Shown: positions 1 to 12,342, counted from the first letter of the whole stretch. The stretch is 63,019 nucleotides of DNA, filler included, from Olpidium bornovanus S191 (GCA_017911155.1; 30 parts of 30 records of this genome joined end to end with filler, not necessarily neighbours in it), one strand, 5' to 3'. Numbers and translations: made by a program. The notes: a model not told the origin generated them from the letters alone.

Positions 1-35
<35 letters not shown>

Positions 36-920
36 CCCCCGTAGAGTGAAATTCCTCGCACGCGTGCAGCTTCCCCCTGCGAGCCGGAACGCTCCGTCCG
101 AGGAAACCTCGTCAGGTACCCACAGGAGAATTTTCCGAGGAGCTGTGGATCATGTGAGTGACGTTAATTTCCTTTCTTTCTTTTTTTTTTTTCTTTTTTT
201 TTTTTTGGTTTACATCCCTGTTCTCGCGAAAATTTCTTTCTGCTCCCTTTTTGTTGTCTATCGCACCGGCGCGCCGGCTCCACGCTCGGCGAAAGGCGGG
301 CGTTACGGTCCGCGCATGTGGGTAGACTGCGTGAGCGTGACCCGCACGACGTGTAAAACGTCTGACTACGAGCAGTACTCCCAATGCCCCCGCCCGTATC
401 TCCCAACCTGAATAAAAAACGGAACGGAACGCGAATGGCTCTCCCCGTGTGCCACCTGAGCCGTCAACTCAAACAGCCCATAGGAACCACCCCCCCCTCA
501 AAACCCCACTTAATAGATCCCGCCGAAGCCACGACGACAGTCCACTGCTAACCACCGGCAGACTCATTGTGAGGGCACCGGCGAGCAGGCGAGAAAGTTT
601 GGCGAACCGCCCATCGAATGCAAAGCAAAAAAAAAAGAAAAAAAAAGGGGGGGGGCGAATCAAGAGGAATGATAAATAATTAAGAGGCAGCTCGACGAAT
701 TCTATCTACAGCTTGTACTGTAGATTTCGCACGGGGAGACGGAGAGGAGAAACACACAGTCGTTCCGCGAGAAAAAAAAAACGTCTTCTGCCTGCACCTG
801 ACATGAGGGAACGTATGATACACACAAAAAGAAAAAAAAAAAAAAAAAAAGAACAACGCACGGACGCGAAAAGGGAGACCATAAAAATAATGGTACTCCT
901 TCAAAAACCGCGGGAATAAG

Positions 921-2325
921 CTACCTTCTCTGCACGACGAGTCTGGCCTCAATGCCTACCTCCCGGCCGCCGTCGTCTTCGAACATGACGATGTAGGTGG
1001 AGCACGGAAATAGGCCCCGGCAGCGAGACGGTGGTTCTACCACAATTGCCTTGTAAAAACATGTCGTGCCTGGATAGAGCGCCAGAATGTGCGAGCCTGC
1101 CCGGTACTCCGAGTAGCCCGGTGCTCCCACCGGCGGTGATGAGGGAAGTGCCAGCACGTTCTTGCGGCTGAGGAGGTGCTGACTGTACGAGGAAGAGAGA
1201 GCAGGATAACAGCAGAACGAGAGGATGACGAGAGGAGGTTAGAAGATATTCTCACATGTGACTGTGGACAATCAGAGGGTTGGCCTGTCCGTAGCAATTA
1301 ACGTCGAACGCAACATAGGATAATCCGGGGGGGGGGGCGGGGAAGATATAATATGACGTTCTCTTTCTCGCCGCCCTTTGGTTCCAAAACTTTCACGTAA
1401 TTCATCCGCCACCTACGCTTTGATCCCATTGTCGTCGGGCTCTTCGTCCTCGATCAGGTACTTGTTCTTTTTTGGGTCGAAACGGATTACGCGCGCAAGA
1501 ATCCATTCCTGCCCGCGCCCGCCGGTTACGCTGACAAGGGCGGCAACCTTGGAAAGCGTCGAAACGAATGGGCTCAGAGAGCGGAACTGCCGACCTTCTC
1601 TCTCCCTCGAACGCGCCTTTATGCGTGGTCAGAAACCACCGGTCGGCCTTACTGGATGCCCCTTTCTTAACAACGGTTCACTGGAAAGGCTACTCGAGCT
1701 GCGATGGCGCGTAATCGGCTGTACGTTAAGGGGATCCTGTAGACGGGACGCCAACAAGTTGGTCCCGACACGACGCAACGACGCTTACATGTCGGCTGAC
1801 GACCGCGGGCTCTCATCCCGCTCCCTCCTCGCTCGTTTTGCCTTCATCCGGCGGGAATCAAGCGCGAGGTCGTCGCGCTCTCTGGAGTACTCCCCGCATC
1901 GCCTCTCCAGTCCTTTGGCAAAAGCCCGAAACGTTCGAGTAAAAGTCAATCAGCCGTTCGCCCGCGTAAAAGCCGCTCTTTCGGGCGAAGGGTCCGCGGC
2001 GCTCCGGCCCGGGACCGCGAGCGTACCGGAGACGTTTTCGAGCACTTTCCTCTTCTGCACGAGGTTCGCGAGATTGAAGAGCGTCGAAGCGATACACCTG
2101 CGAAAAAAAAACAAAAAAAAAAAAAAAAAAGCAGCCGGACGGGACGCCCGCGTTTAAAACCCGAGAGTGTGCCCGGACGCGGGTTTCGGGAGGAGGGGGT
2201 GGTTTCGGGGCGATCAAAATCACGTTTGACTCACTTCTGTTCCTCGACGATGTGCGCGACGCCAGTGCTGCGCTGCCTGTCCAGCTCCGCGACGTCGGCG
2301 GGCCGCGCTCTCCGGTCGACAACTT
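921..2325 (-). CDS. SGF29: SAGA subunit Sgf29 (tandem Tudor), multi-exon, 5' partial
   Basis: Spliced reading gives LLRKGHP|VAALVSVTGGRGQEWILARVIRFDPKKNKYLIEDEEPDD and EYRAGSHILALYPGTTCFYKAIVV...YIVMFEDD. These match the two Sgf29 Tudor domains. GT-AG introns; stop at 921. Confidence 0.88.
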
Positions 2326-2476
2326 CTGCCAGTCCGCCCCAGTCGCAAAATCAAGCGAGGGGGAAGGGCAAGTCAGCCCTGGGTGTGCCAGCCACGAAAC
2401 GCCGGCCGAGAAAGGGTGGGCGCAAGCCCGGGGGCGAAAGAGAGTAGCGGCGCGTGCGAGCCCGCCCTTCCTCCCC

Positions 2477-2550
<74 letters not shown>

Positions 2551-2722
2551 CGGCGGCCNNNNNNNNNNNNNNNNNNNNNNNNNNNNNNNNNNNNNNNNNN
2601 NNTTAATTAATTAANNNNNNNNNNNNNNNNNNNNNNNNNNNNNNNNNNNNNNNNNNNNGCATGGCAAGGGAGAGAATATTGTGAACTGTTCGGTCAGCTC
2701 GGCCGCCGTGTGCTCGACTCAC

Positions 2723-3585
2723 CCGCTCAGACCCTTCCAGACGCTAATCAATTCTCCCGCCAGACGTTCGTAAATGTGCAGCTCTTTCCTTCTGTCGGCC
2801 GCCTGCATTATCCACACAAAGGCCATTCGGCGGCCCTGCGCCGGGGCGATTGGGTAGGGATACTCGAGCACGCGGGAGGCTATCACTTCGCGGCCGATGC
2901 GCATGACGGGCGTGACGGAGTCGACGGCCTCGCGGAAGATGCGCAGCGGGTTCTCGCCGGTACGCTGGTGGATGAGGAAGAAGGCACGTTTGACGTATTC
3001 GACGTACTGTCCCTTCCGGCCGTGGCGGAAGTAGTTGTTGACGAACTGGTTCAGGACCTTGTCGTGCCGGGCCAGGTCCCAGTCGGCGAACTCTTCGCGG
3101 GGCACGCCTTGGACGGCGTCCGGCGGCGGGAGCGGCAGGCGCTCGGAGCGGTTGTAGGGCCAGACGCGCGGACGGGGCCCGGCCGGCGGTTTCGGGAGCC
3201 GAGAGCCGCGCTCCTCCTGCGCGACGGGCCAAGCGCCCATGGAAAAGTCCGGAACGAGAGCTCCGGTCCCCAGAGTCGACGGGGGGGAGGAATCAGCGGC
3301 CGGCGTCGCCGACGCGGACGCTCGGGGTTGGCCGCCGCCGCCGCCGCCGCTCGGGGCCGCCTCTTCCGGGCCTCCGGCGCCCGCGAGAACCGCCGCGTCC
3401 CCCGAGGGCCCGGAGAGGTGCCTCCGCGGCGGCCGGGCGGTCGTGGCCCGGAAACCCGGCCGCGAGGCGGGTAGGCAGAAGCGCGGTCCTGTCGACGGCG
3501 CCGCCGGCGGGCGGAGGGCAGGGCCCGGGACGGGGACGCGCCCTGCCGTCGTCCAGAGCGCCCTTGCCGTGGTGGCCGCGCTCAT
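2723..3585 (-). CDS. RSM7: Mitochondrial ribosomal protein uS7, 3' partial
   Basis: uS7 core: VLNQFVNNYFRHGRKG...GENPLRIFREAVDSVTPVM...YPYPIAPAQGRRMAFVWIMQAADRR...ERLAGELI. The Arg/Ala/Thr-rich, acid-free N-terminus (MSAATTARALWTTAGR) looks like a presequence. GTGAGT donor near 2722. Confidence 0.88.
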
Positions 3586-3847
3586 GGAGGGCGTTGTTGA
3601 CCGGGCTTTTTTTTTTTTTTTTTGGGAACTCGGGGCCTTGAGCGCTTGCGGGGGGGTGGGCCGGCGGAGCGGGGAGAAAAAAAAAAAAAAAAAAAAAAAA
3701 ACCCCCGGGGGGGGGGGGCCCCCACCCGCCCCCCCCCCCCCCCCCCCCCCCGGGGGGCCCCCCCCCCCCCCCGGGGGGGGGGGGGGGGGGGAGGACCGGT
3801 TGGTGCTCTCCTCCTCCGGCGGTTTTCTTTTTTTTTTTTTTTTTTTT

Positions 3848-3878
<31 letters not shown>

Positions 3879-4149
3879 GCGCCCACGGCCCCGGGCCCAA
3901 AAAAAAAAAAAAAAAAACCGCGCAAAANNNNNNNNNNNNNNNNNNNNNNNNNNNNNNNNNNNNNNNNNNNNTTAATTAATTAANNNNNNNNNNNNNNNNN
4001 NNNNNNNNNNNNNNNNNNNNNNNNNNNCATGTGTTAAAAGGGCGTCCCCCAGATCCATTCGAATTATATGGATTTTGTTAAATACGTGAATTGCTTTTAA
4101 GGCAGCGAAATTTTCTTTTAATTCGCTCCTGGAAATGCGCATCACCCGC

Positions 4150-4965
4150 GAGAAGGAGACCGGAATACCAGACTCAACCAGGGGGCCTTATCAGAACGCT
4201 GGTGGAGTGGCACAGGGTGACCGGAGCTCGTCCCGTGAAGACGCCCGGAAGCATATGTGAGGTGACCCCGGAGGATTGAGGCACAACTCTCACCGAGAAG
4301 GAGACGAAGCAATATCGAGGACTCGTGGGTGCACGTGCTTCAGGAGCCCAGTCTTCTCCTCGTCCCCCGATTCCCAGTCCCCTCCTCTGCATCAAACGCC
4401 TCTGTACGTGGCCACGGGGACGCGCCCAGATGTTGCATTCTTTTTGAGAAGCCTGACGCGCTGCCAAACAGAGCCATGCGCGCTTGACTGGACGTCGGCT
4501 TTCTAAAGTACCTGAGCGACAGCAAAGACCTTTACCTTTTCTATGGTAATGACGGCAGGGGTCGGCTGAATAACTACAGCGGCGTGAGCTACTCAGAGTG
4601 CCGAGAGACGCGGAGGTTAAACCAGCGGATGCGTTTACTCCGTCACCGGGAGGCATCATCCACTGGAAAAGCAGCGTCCGAAAGCCGTTGCAAAATATAT
4701 GCAAGGCAGAGTATGTGACGCTCGCCGAAGCCGTAAAAGAGGGGATGTGGCTTAGACGCCTGGTTGGTTGAGTTGGGTGCTGGGGACGGACCGGATGCTG
4801 TGATGATCAGCGTAGACGACCAGGGTACCAAGGCGATGGCCGAGAATCCCAAGCACCATTCGCGATGCAAGCATATAGACATGCGGCATCGCTTTTGACA
4901 AGAGCAAGCCGAACGCAGGGAGGTGCGCCTGGAGGCGGTCGCGTCCGAGGAGATGACGGCGATAA
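4150..4965 (+). mobile_element. Degenerate Ty1/copia RT C-terminus + RNase H
   Basis: LYVATGTRPDVAF (cf. LMY..TRPDIAF), AEYVTLAEAVKEGMWLRRL, DDQGTKAMAENPKHHSRCKHIDMRHRF, VASEEMTAD; with stops and frameshifts. Confidence 0.85.
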
Positions 4966-5010
4966 GGACAAAGATGCAATCCTGAGCGAGGTGCTTGATC
5001 ACCACAACAC

Positions 5011-5063
5011 TAACCCTCACACTAGCCCTGTCCGTAACCCTAACCCTAACCCAACCCTAATCC
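5011..5063. repeat. Interstitial telomere-like (TAACCC)n tract
   Basis: TAACCC x3 at 5035-5052 followed by AACCC and TAATCC; further TAACCC at 5011 and TAGCCC at 5023. Confidence 0.7.
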
Positions 5064-5193
5064 TCGCTGCACTCATGACGGATTTCCGCTGCTGCTCCTT
5101 GAATATATTTCAACATGTAGTTCTAGGTACTAACCCATCATGATACAATATAACATGTCCGCGTTTGCGTTCGGCTTTTTCGGCTCACGTATC

Positions 5194-5530
5194 TCACGCT
5201 CCAGCTCGCATGTTTGCGTGCTTGGAATTCTGGGATATTCGGGCCTTCTTTGCCGTCTGCTCCTCATACGGATGCTTGCTCCTGTTCTGCGTGGGACGGC
5301 CCTTCGCCTTCGAATTGAGAGGATTGCCGACCGCCGCCGTTGCCGGGATAATCCACCCCGGGCTGCAGCCAACGACGTTTGGCAAACCTACACCATCAGT
5401 CCTAAATTGCATGCTGCGGACCTTTCCGAAGAGGAAGATGATTTTCGTGCCCAAGGCGGTGTGCAGGACCGTCGTCCCGGACCGCCTCTCCATCCTGATG
5501 TCTCAGCGGCGCAGGTGGATCAACTCCACC
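5194..5530 (-). mobile_element. Possible MULE-like transposase C-terminal remnant
   Basis: [11 protein letters not shown] resembles the P...K.KGRP motif common at MULE/FAR1 C-termini; interrupted by a stop. Single-motif evidence only. Confidence 0.25.
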
Positions 5531-5668
5531 NNNNNNNNNNNNNNNNNNNNNNNNNNNNNNNNNNNNNNNNNNNNTTAATTAATTAANNNNNNNNNNNNNN
5601 NNNNNNNNNNNNNNNNNNNNNNNNNNNNNNATGCCTGTTTTTTTTTTTTTTTTTTTTTTTTTTCCCCC

Positions 5669-5709
<41 letters not shown>

Positions 5710-5861
5710 CCCCGGTCGCCGAACCCCGCCGACGCCGCCGGTCCGCGCGGCGCAAACTGCCGAGAGGGCAAACACGCGACAACAGCAGCCCACCTCCTTC
5801 CCCGCCGCCCCTCCCTCCCGGCACGCACACAGAGCACGGCGGCGGCCCTGGCAACTGAACC

Positions 5862-7231
5862 ATGTGAGTCGGGTGCACCCTTCAGCCTGCCCGCGCGTTC
5901 TCGCTCCCCTCTCGCGGCTCGCGTCCCTTGCTCCTCTTCTTTCGCGCCGCACCTGCACAAAGCGTCAGGCGGTAAGGGGGGAGAGGGGGAAAGGGCCCGG
6001 GGAGCCGGGCGTCTGCGGTCAACTTTTGACGCCGACCGTGACGCTCCTCTGCCCAGGGTGTCGCTGCTCGGCCAGAAGCGGCTTGCCGCTTCCATCCTCA
6101 AGTGCGGTCGGCGCAAGATTTGGTTTGACCCCAGTGAGGTCAGCAAAATCTCCAACGCAAACTCTCGTGAGTGGAAATGCCCCCCTCGGTCGGCACCGCA
6201 ACCGACCGGGCGCTTTTCGTTTTTCGGCCTGCGGCGGGTCCCGTGGCGGGAGCAGAATTTGGAGTCCTGTTTGCGCGTGTTCGCGCGTTTGTTGGGAGGT
6301 GGCAGGGGGAGAGCGGGGAATGGGAGCGCCGCGCGACGCCCCTGCCCGCCGCACCCCCACCGTTTCCACGTCTGAAATTTTTGTTGGCCCGCGTTCCGCA
6401 GGCCGCAATGTCCGCAAGCTCATCGACGACGGCCTCGTTATCAAGAAGCCGCATGCCATCCACTCGCGCTTCCGCGTGCGCCAGAACGCCGCGGCGAAGC
6501 GCAAAGGCCGCCACACCGGGACCGGTAAGCGCCGCGGTACGGCGGAGGCGCGCATGCCGTCTCAGGTGCTCTGGATGCGCCGCCAGCGGGTCCTGCGTCG
6601 CTTGCTGCGCAAGTACCGAGAGTCCGGCAAGATTGACAAGCACATGTACCACGACCTGTACATGAAGTCGAAGGGTAACGTTTTTAAGAACAAGCGGGTC
6701 CTGATGGAGTGAGTGTAAACCTGATCGCCCAACTCCTCGAGGACAAGTTGGTTTTTTTTTTACTTATGCCGGGAAAGCTAATCGGTTTTTTTTTCCCGAA
6801 CGGTTGTCAGGGACATCCACAAGGCCAAGGCGGAGAAGGCTCGCGTCAAGAACATCGCGTACGTTTTTTACCCGCTTTATTTGCCTCATCGCGTCGTCGT
6901 TGCCCTCGTGACCGTTTTTTGATGTTTTCACGGCCACGTGTCCCTCGTCCCGCCGCTTATTTTGCAAATGACCGGTTCCTTTTTGCCTTCCCCACTCTTG
7001 CTGTAAATATAACTTTTTCACAGGGATCAGGCCGAAGCGCACCGCCAGAAGGCCAAGGCAGCCCGCGAGCGACGACGGACCCGCATCACGGAAAAGAGGG
7101 AAACGGCGCTTGCCGAATACTCGGCCAAGGCCGACGAAGCTGCCCCTGTGGCGCTGCCCTCCAAGGCCGAAAAGAAGGATACTGCCCCGGCGTCTGTCTC
7201 GGAAAAGGAGAGGAAGAAGAACAAGAAGTAG
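5862..7231 (+). CDS. RPL19: 60S ribosomal protein eL19, complete, 5 exons
   Basis: AT|G split start, then [44 protein letters not shown]...[19 protein letters not shown]...[41 protein letters not shown]; TAG at 7229-7231. Confidence 0.97.
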
Positions 7232-7816
7232 TTGATGAAATAGCCCAGTAAATTGGTTGTCTCCTCTAATGACCGTACTCCGTGCTTGATTCCGTTAGAG
7301 AGGGGGTGCTGTTAGGCGAAGTCTTTAATGGGTTGGAGCATGTGAAACTCGAAACGGCCGAAGGCAGTTTTTTGTTGCCACAGGTGATACTTTGTGGTGA
7401 AATCTGTGTGGCGCTGGAGTCTCGCGCACGTTGCGGACACTGGTGGACACTTACTTGATGATCTGAATTAATTCAGTATTGCATAGATTCGGCTACCGAG
7501 AGCTTGTAGTGTTTTTTGCCTTCACTGTGATACAGAATTCCGGCTGTTCAGATTGTGTTAAGTCGACTGGCGACAACAACTTGCAACGTAACCACTCCTG
7601 GCTACGGCAAAATGACGAACGGACACGCCGTTGCAAAGAGTTCTCGTTGCCGGAATTCCGCTGAGCCGAGTCCTTGGGAAGGACGAAAGGATGACTGTAT
7701 TCGGGCGTGTGGTGTCGCTATCGGTTCACGGCCTGTTTCGAATGGCGGAGAACAAAGTTCTCTACAAGGGTGCAATAGTTGCAGCTAACTGGTAATTCTA
7801 CGTTGCCTACGGTATT

Positions 7817-8431
7817 CTATATACTGCCGAAGTTTGTCACGAGTGATCTGCCGTTTGACTCGTGCTCTGGTAGCTGCCGAGTCAGCTTCCTCCAGTGCAG
7901 CCTGCAGGTCAATATCTGTGGCGACCCTGTCCTCCCGGTAGGCTGTGGGTAACTTCCATCGAATTCTTTCTGGAGCCTGCGACCTTCCTCGTCTTCCTCA
8001 TAAATGTAGCACAGTCTGATGAGAAAATTATGCAGGATCATTACTCCATAGGTGAAGTTCACCGTCAATTCAAGGTTGTGCGAAGGAAGGAGACCGCGGA
8101 AAACCCACCAGTGAGACTTGAGGATGCCAAAAGCCCGCTCGACGACCAACCGGACACTGGCAAGTCTGTTATTGAGCTCCTTGGTGACTGGACTGCGCCG
8201 CTTGCCGGTGAGCTCAAATGTCGTCACCACGCGCTTGCTGTTTGCATAGGCAGAGTTGCCAAGTTTTATAAATGGAGGGACGGCAGTTGTCCAGCCAGTT
8301 TCTGTTTCGGGAACTGGCACTGTGCGATCGGAACACTCAGCAAGGTATCTCCCAAGTGATTGAACTATCTTGCTGTTCCAGAATATGCATCTGCCCCCTA
8401 CAGCACTAGGCCAGCCAACAACGAGGCCCAT
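7817..8431 (-). mobile_element. PIF/Harbinger (DDE_Tnp_4) transposase C-half, catalytic motifs altered
   Basis: GWPSAVGGRCIFWNS (cf. GWPGS.HD..VF.NS), LGNSAY (cf. LGDSAY), LNNRLASVRLVVERAFGILKSHW, ILHN. Confidence 0.82.
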
Positions 8432-8644
8432 GNNNNNNNNNNNNNNNNNNNNNNNNNNNNNNNNNNNNNNNNNNNNTTAATTAATTAANNNNNNNNNNNN
8501 NNNNNNNNNNNNNNNNNNNNNNNNNNNNNNNNCGTCGAGACGGGCGGCCGGCTGACGGCCGCAAGCGGACGCTCCCCCCGGCGGAGCCGGGGGGGCCCGT
8601 GGGGCCGAGCAAGCGGCAGCGACGCAAGGCCCCGTAGTTCCCCG

Positions 8645-8699
<55 letters not shown>

Positions 8700-8773
8700 C
8701 CCCCCCCCCCCCCCTGCCCCCCTACCCCCGGCCTCCTCCCTCCCCCACTCACATACCCTCCTCCCCCACGTAC

Positions 8774-9362
8774 CGTCCTTGGTGTGGAGGCGCACGCCGA
8801 ACGTCCAGGCGGGAGCCTTGTTAGGAACGTACGGCGTGGCGAAAGTGCTCGGCACGGAGTACGCGGCGGGGCCCGGTCCTGGCGATTTTGCGCGCCCGCG
8901 AAAGAAAAAAAAAGAAACGTATGAAAGGGGAAGAAAGAGAGAGAGAGAGAGAAAGGGCAGAATTCGAGGGGGAAACAAAAAGGCGGGGAAGGAGAGGGGG
9001 AGGGGGGACACAGGAAACCAAAAAAAAAAAAAAAAAAAAAAAGGAATTGACGTGCAGACCGTTGAGACTTCGAGAGAAAGAGAAATTCAAGAATCCGGTA
9101 ACCCCAAAACGGGGAAAAAGCGGGAGAGGAAGGGAGGGGGGCCAGCGGCAAAAAAAAAAAAAAAAAACCCCCCCCTTCCCGGGAAAAAAAAAACTCTAAC
9201 TCGCAAACCTTTGAACCTCGCGGCGATCGGGATTTCCCCCTTTCCTCTCTTCCACGCCGCGACGGTCGGCAGGCCGCAGTCGTCGGTGGCGTCCTTGCGC
9301 CCTGCCGTCCGCGGCCGGGAAGACCGGGGCCGGGCGGCAGCCGCGCCGCTGGTCGTGTCGGG

Positions 9363-9365
<3 letters not shown>
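8774..9365 (-). CDS. SHIPPO-1/ODF3 (sperm-tail PG-rich repeat) family-like ciliary protein, 5' exons
   Basis: Exon 9365-9209 spliced to 8878-8774 gives ...GEIPIAARFK|GPGPAAYSVPSTFATPYVPNKAPAWTFGVRLHTKD. This resembles the ODF3 N-terminal PI.A.Y.SPGP.Y..P..F......AP.YSF pattern. GT-AG junctions are in frame. Confidence 0.62.
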
Positions 9366-9405
<40 letters not shown>

Positions 9406-9410
9406 CCTCG

Positions 9411-9446
<36 letters not shown>

Positions 9447-9449
9447 CGC

Positions 9450-9546
<97 letters not shown>

Positions 9547-9646
9547 NNNNNNNNNNNNNNNNNNNNNNNNNNNNNNNNNNNNNNNNNNNNTTAATTAATT
9601 AANNNNNNNNNNNNNNNNNNNNNNNNNNNNNNNNNNNNNNNNNNNN

Positions 9647-9863
9647 AGCACGTCGTCCACGACGCCGTAGGTGGTGTATTCGCGCGGCGGCCTGTACTTT
9701 GTCGAAGACGTGTGCAGCGTCCGTTCGAACGGCTCCATCGTCGTGCTGCAGACCGGAAACGCCATGGTCAATTCCCTGATCTTCGACTTGAGGAGCAGGT
9801 CGCGTTCGATCGGCGGGAGCTCTAGAATGTTCGGGACGGTGGGGCGCGTTAGAGGAGGACGGG

Positions 9864-9959
<96 letters not shown>

Positions 9960-11887
9960 AAGGAGGACCGGATACGTGGTGAGCTTGCGGAGATCGGCGA
10001 ACCTTGCGGAGATCGGGCGGACCGCGCGGTTCTTAAGGGGGGGGAGGGGAAGCGTCAGGCCGGGATCGCAAAACCCACCGATTTTGAACGCGAGCGTCTC
10101 GCGGCTCGGGTGGCATTTGCTGACGTGCGTCAAACCTTCGTGCACGTGGCTGTGAATGTGCGGGTTGCGCGAAACGGAACGCGCCTTTTCTGCCGCGCGC
10201 TGCTGTTCGGCCTGCGTCTGCAGCTTCTCCGCGCGCTGGCGCGCCCTTTCCTCCCGCTCTTTTTCGCGCCGCGCGGCCAAGCCCGCCTGCAGGGCGGCCT
10301 GCTCGGCCGCCAGGCGGATCCGCTCCAGCCTCGCGGTCTCCGCGGCGATCGCCCGGCGGCGCAACTCCGCTTCCCGCTCCTCCTTCTCCATCGACAGTTT
10401 TACGAAATGGTCCAGGGAGGAGATGAAATCGTGCGGCTTCGGTTTGCAGAACATCACCACCGCGTCCATTGCGTCCTGTGGTAACGGGCCTGCCTCAGCT
10501 CAGGTTTTGGGACAATCGCGCGAGCGGAATAAAAAAAAATAAAAATAAAAAAAGAGAGAGAGAGAGAGGTTCATAAATGTGCGCCATACCGCTGAACTGG
10601 GCCTCCGCGCGATATGCCCCTCCGACGGCAGATTTTCGCCTGGTTCCGCTCCGGCTTTGTCGGCCGCTCTTTCGGTTTCAGCCGGGGCGTCTTTTGCGCC
10701 CTTGGCGGCGGCGGCGGCTTTCGGCGTCGCTTTTCCGCCTTTCTCCTTCTTCTGCTTCTTCTTCTTCGCCGCCTTCGGCGTTCTTTCCCTCCGTTCCTGG
10801 GGCGCTTTCGCCGGCGTCGCCGCCGCCGGGGCGCGCCACGACCCGGCCGAATCTTCGCTGCGGGCGGAGCGCGGCCGCGAGGTCTCGCTTCCCAGGCTGG
10901 CGGCGCTCGCCGGCCGGGCCTTCTCGTTGCCGTCCAAGTCCAGCTTCTTCAGCTTTCCGAGAACCTTCTTGCTGCCCCCCGCCATCTTGACGGCGTAGTC
11001 GTACAGGCACTGCCTCAGGAACTGGTGCATGACCTCCCGGGGCGATTGCGGCCGGTCGGCCCCGTGCGCGGGTCCGGCGTGCCGCTCGCCCGCCCCCGGA
11101 GATGTCTGCCGCTCGGGCCCGACCGCCGGTTCGCCCGGGACCGCGATCGCGGTAGCGTCGTTCGTGGATTCCCGCGCCTTTTCGGCTCCCGCCCCCGCCC
11201 TTTCCGCCGCTGTCGGCTCCGGCTCCGGTTCGTCCGCAGACCTCGCGGGGCAGACCATTTCCCGCATCTGCCGGAAGATGGACGCCAGTTTTTCGTGGAT
11301 GTGCCTGTTGGACAAGTCTATTCTCCCGTGCCGTTCCAGAATTTCCATCGCGGCCGCTCTGTGTTCGAGTTTGTCGAGATCAACGACGGCTAAATTCGGG
11401 TGAGCGGACGGAAAACGCCCGAGAACGGCTGGCCGCTTAACCTGATTTTGGGGTTCCGCGGATCCAACAACATGAATAATGTGTTGATAACCTCCGGGTC
11501 GCGCGGCGCTAAACGCTGCACGTCATTGATCAGGTCCAGGAACAGCTTGTTTTCATAAAAATCAACCAAAAAGTGGCGGACGTGTTTCAGCGTACGTGTA
11601 AATTTATACAGACGTATATGTGTTGCACATACATAACGCCGCTTTGTTTTGGTACTGGCCGGTTTCCGCCTACGTACCTCAACTTCCTCCTCGCCCAAAA
11701 TCTGTTCGACCGCCGATTGAAGGGCCTCGCAGTAGAATTTCACGAGCGGTCTGGTCGAGGTAAAGCCGAACGTTTCTTGTGTCCATCGGATGTAGTCGCA
11801 CATCTCTTTGCGCGCTTTTGGTTTGTTCGGGAGGTCGTTGAACAGGCTCGTCACAACCGTCAGCATATTATCTGGCGTTCCGGGCAT
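9647..11887 (-). CDS. Uncharacterised multi-exon protein with Lys/Ala-rich linker and charged coiled coil, 3' partial
   Basis: Protein-like exons KEMCDYIRWTQETFGF..., LKHVRHFLVDFYENKLFLDLINDV, EVMHQFLRQCLYDYAVKM, MEKEEREAELRRRAIAAETARLERIRL and PNILELPPIERDLLLKSKIRELTMAFP, with GC3-rich codons. No family recognised. Confidence 0.65.
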
Positions 11888-12183
11888 TCTCTACGTTTTG
11901 GGTCGAGCCGTATTTTCTCAGCGTTTCGTTAAATCGTCCCTCAATGTTCACTTCCGTTTTGGTTCCGAAAAATTTACCAGTCGCTTGACGGTGAGTTCCT
12001 CGTCGGCGATTGAGCGGTAGAACAACTAGGTCGGATAGTTTAGCACCTAGACAATTTCGGTGGGAAGCTGCAAGGGGAAAGGGNNNNNNNNNNNNNNNNN
12101 NNNNNNNNNNNNNNNNNNNNNNNNNNNTTAATTAATTAANNNNNNNNNNNNNNNNNNNNNNNNNNNNNNNNNNNNNNNNNNNN

Positions 12184-12308
12184 AGAAAAGGACCGGGACC
12201 CGGACGCCGTTTTCGCCGTCGGTAAGCCCGTTCGGCGCGACTGGCCCGCTTTTCTCCGACGCCGCCCCCGGGCGACGAGAGCGCGCGGGTAACCCGGCGA
12301 ACGGGGCC

Positions 12309-12342
<34 letters not shown>

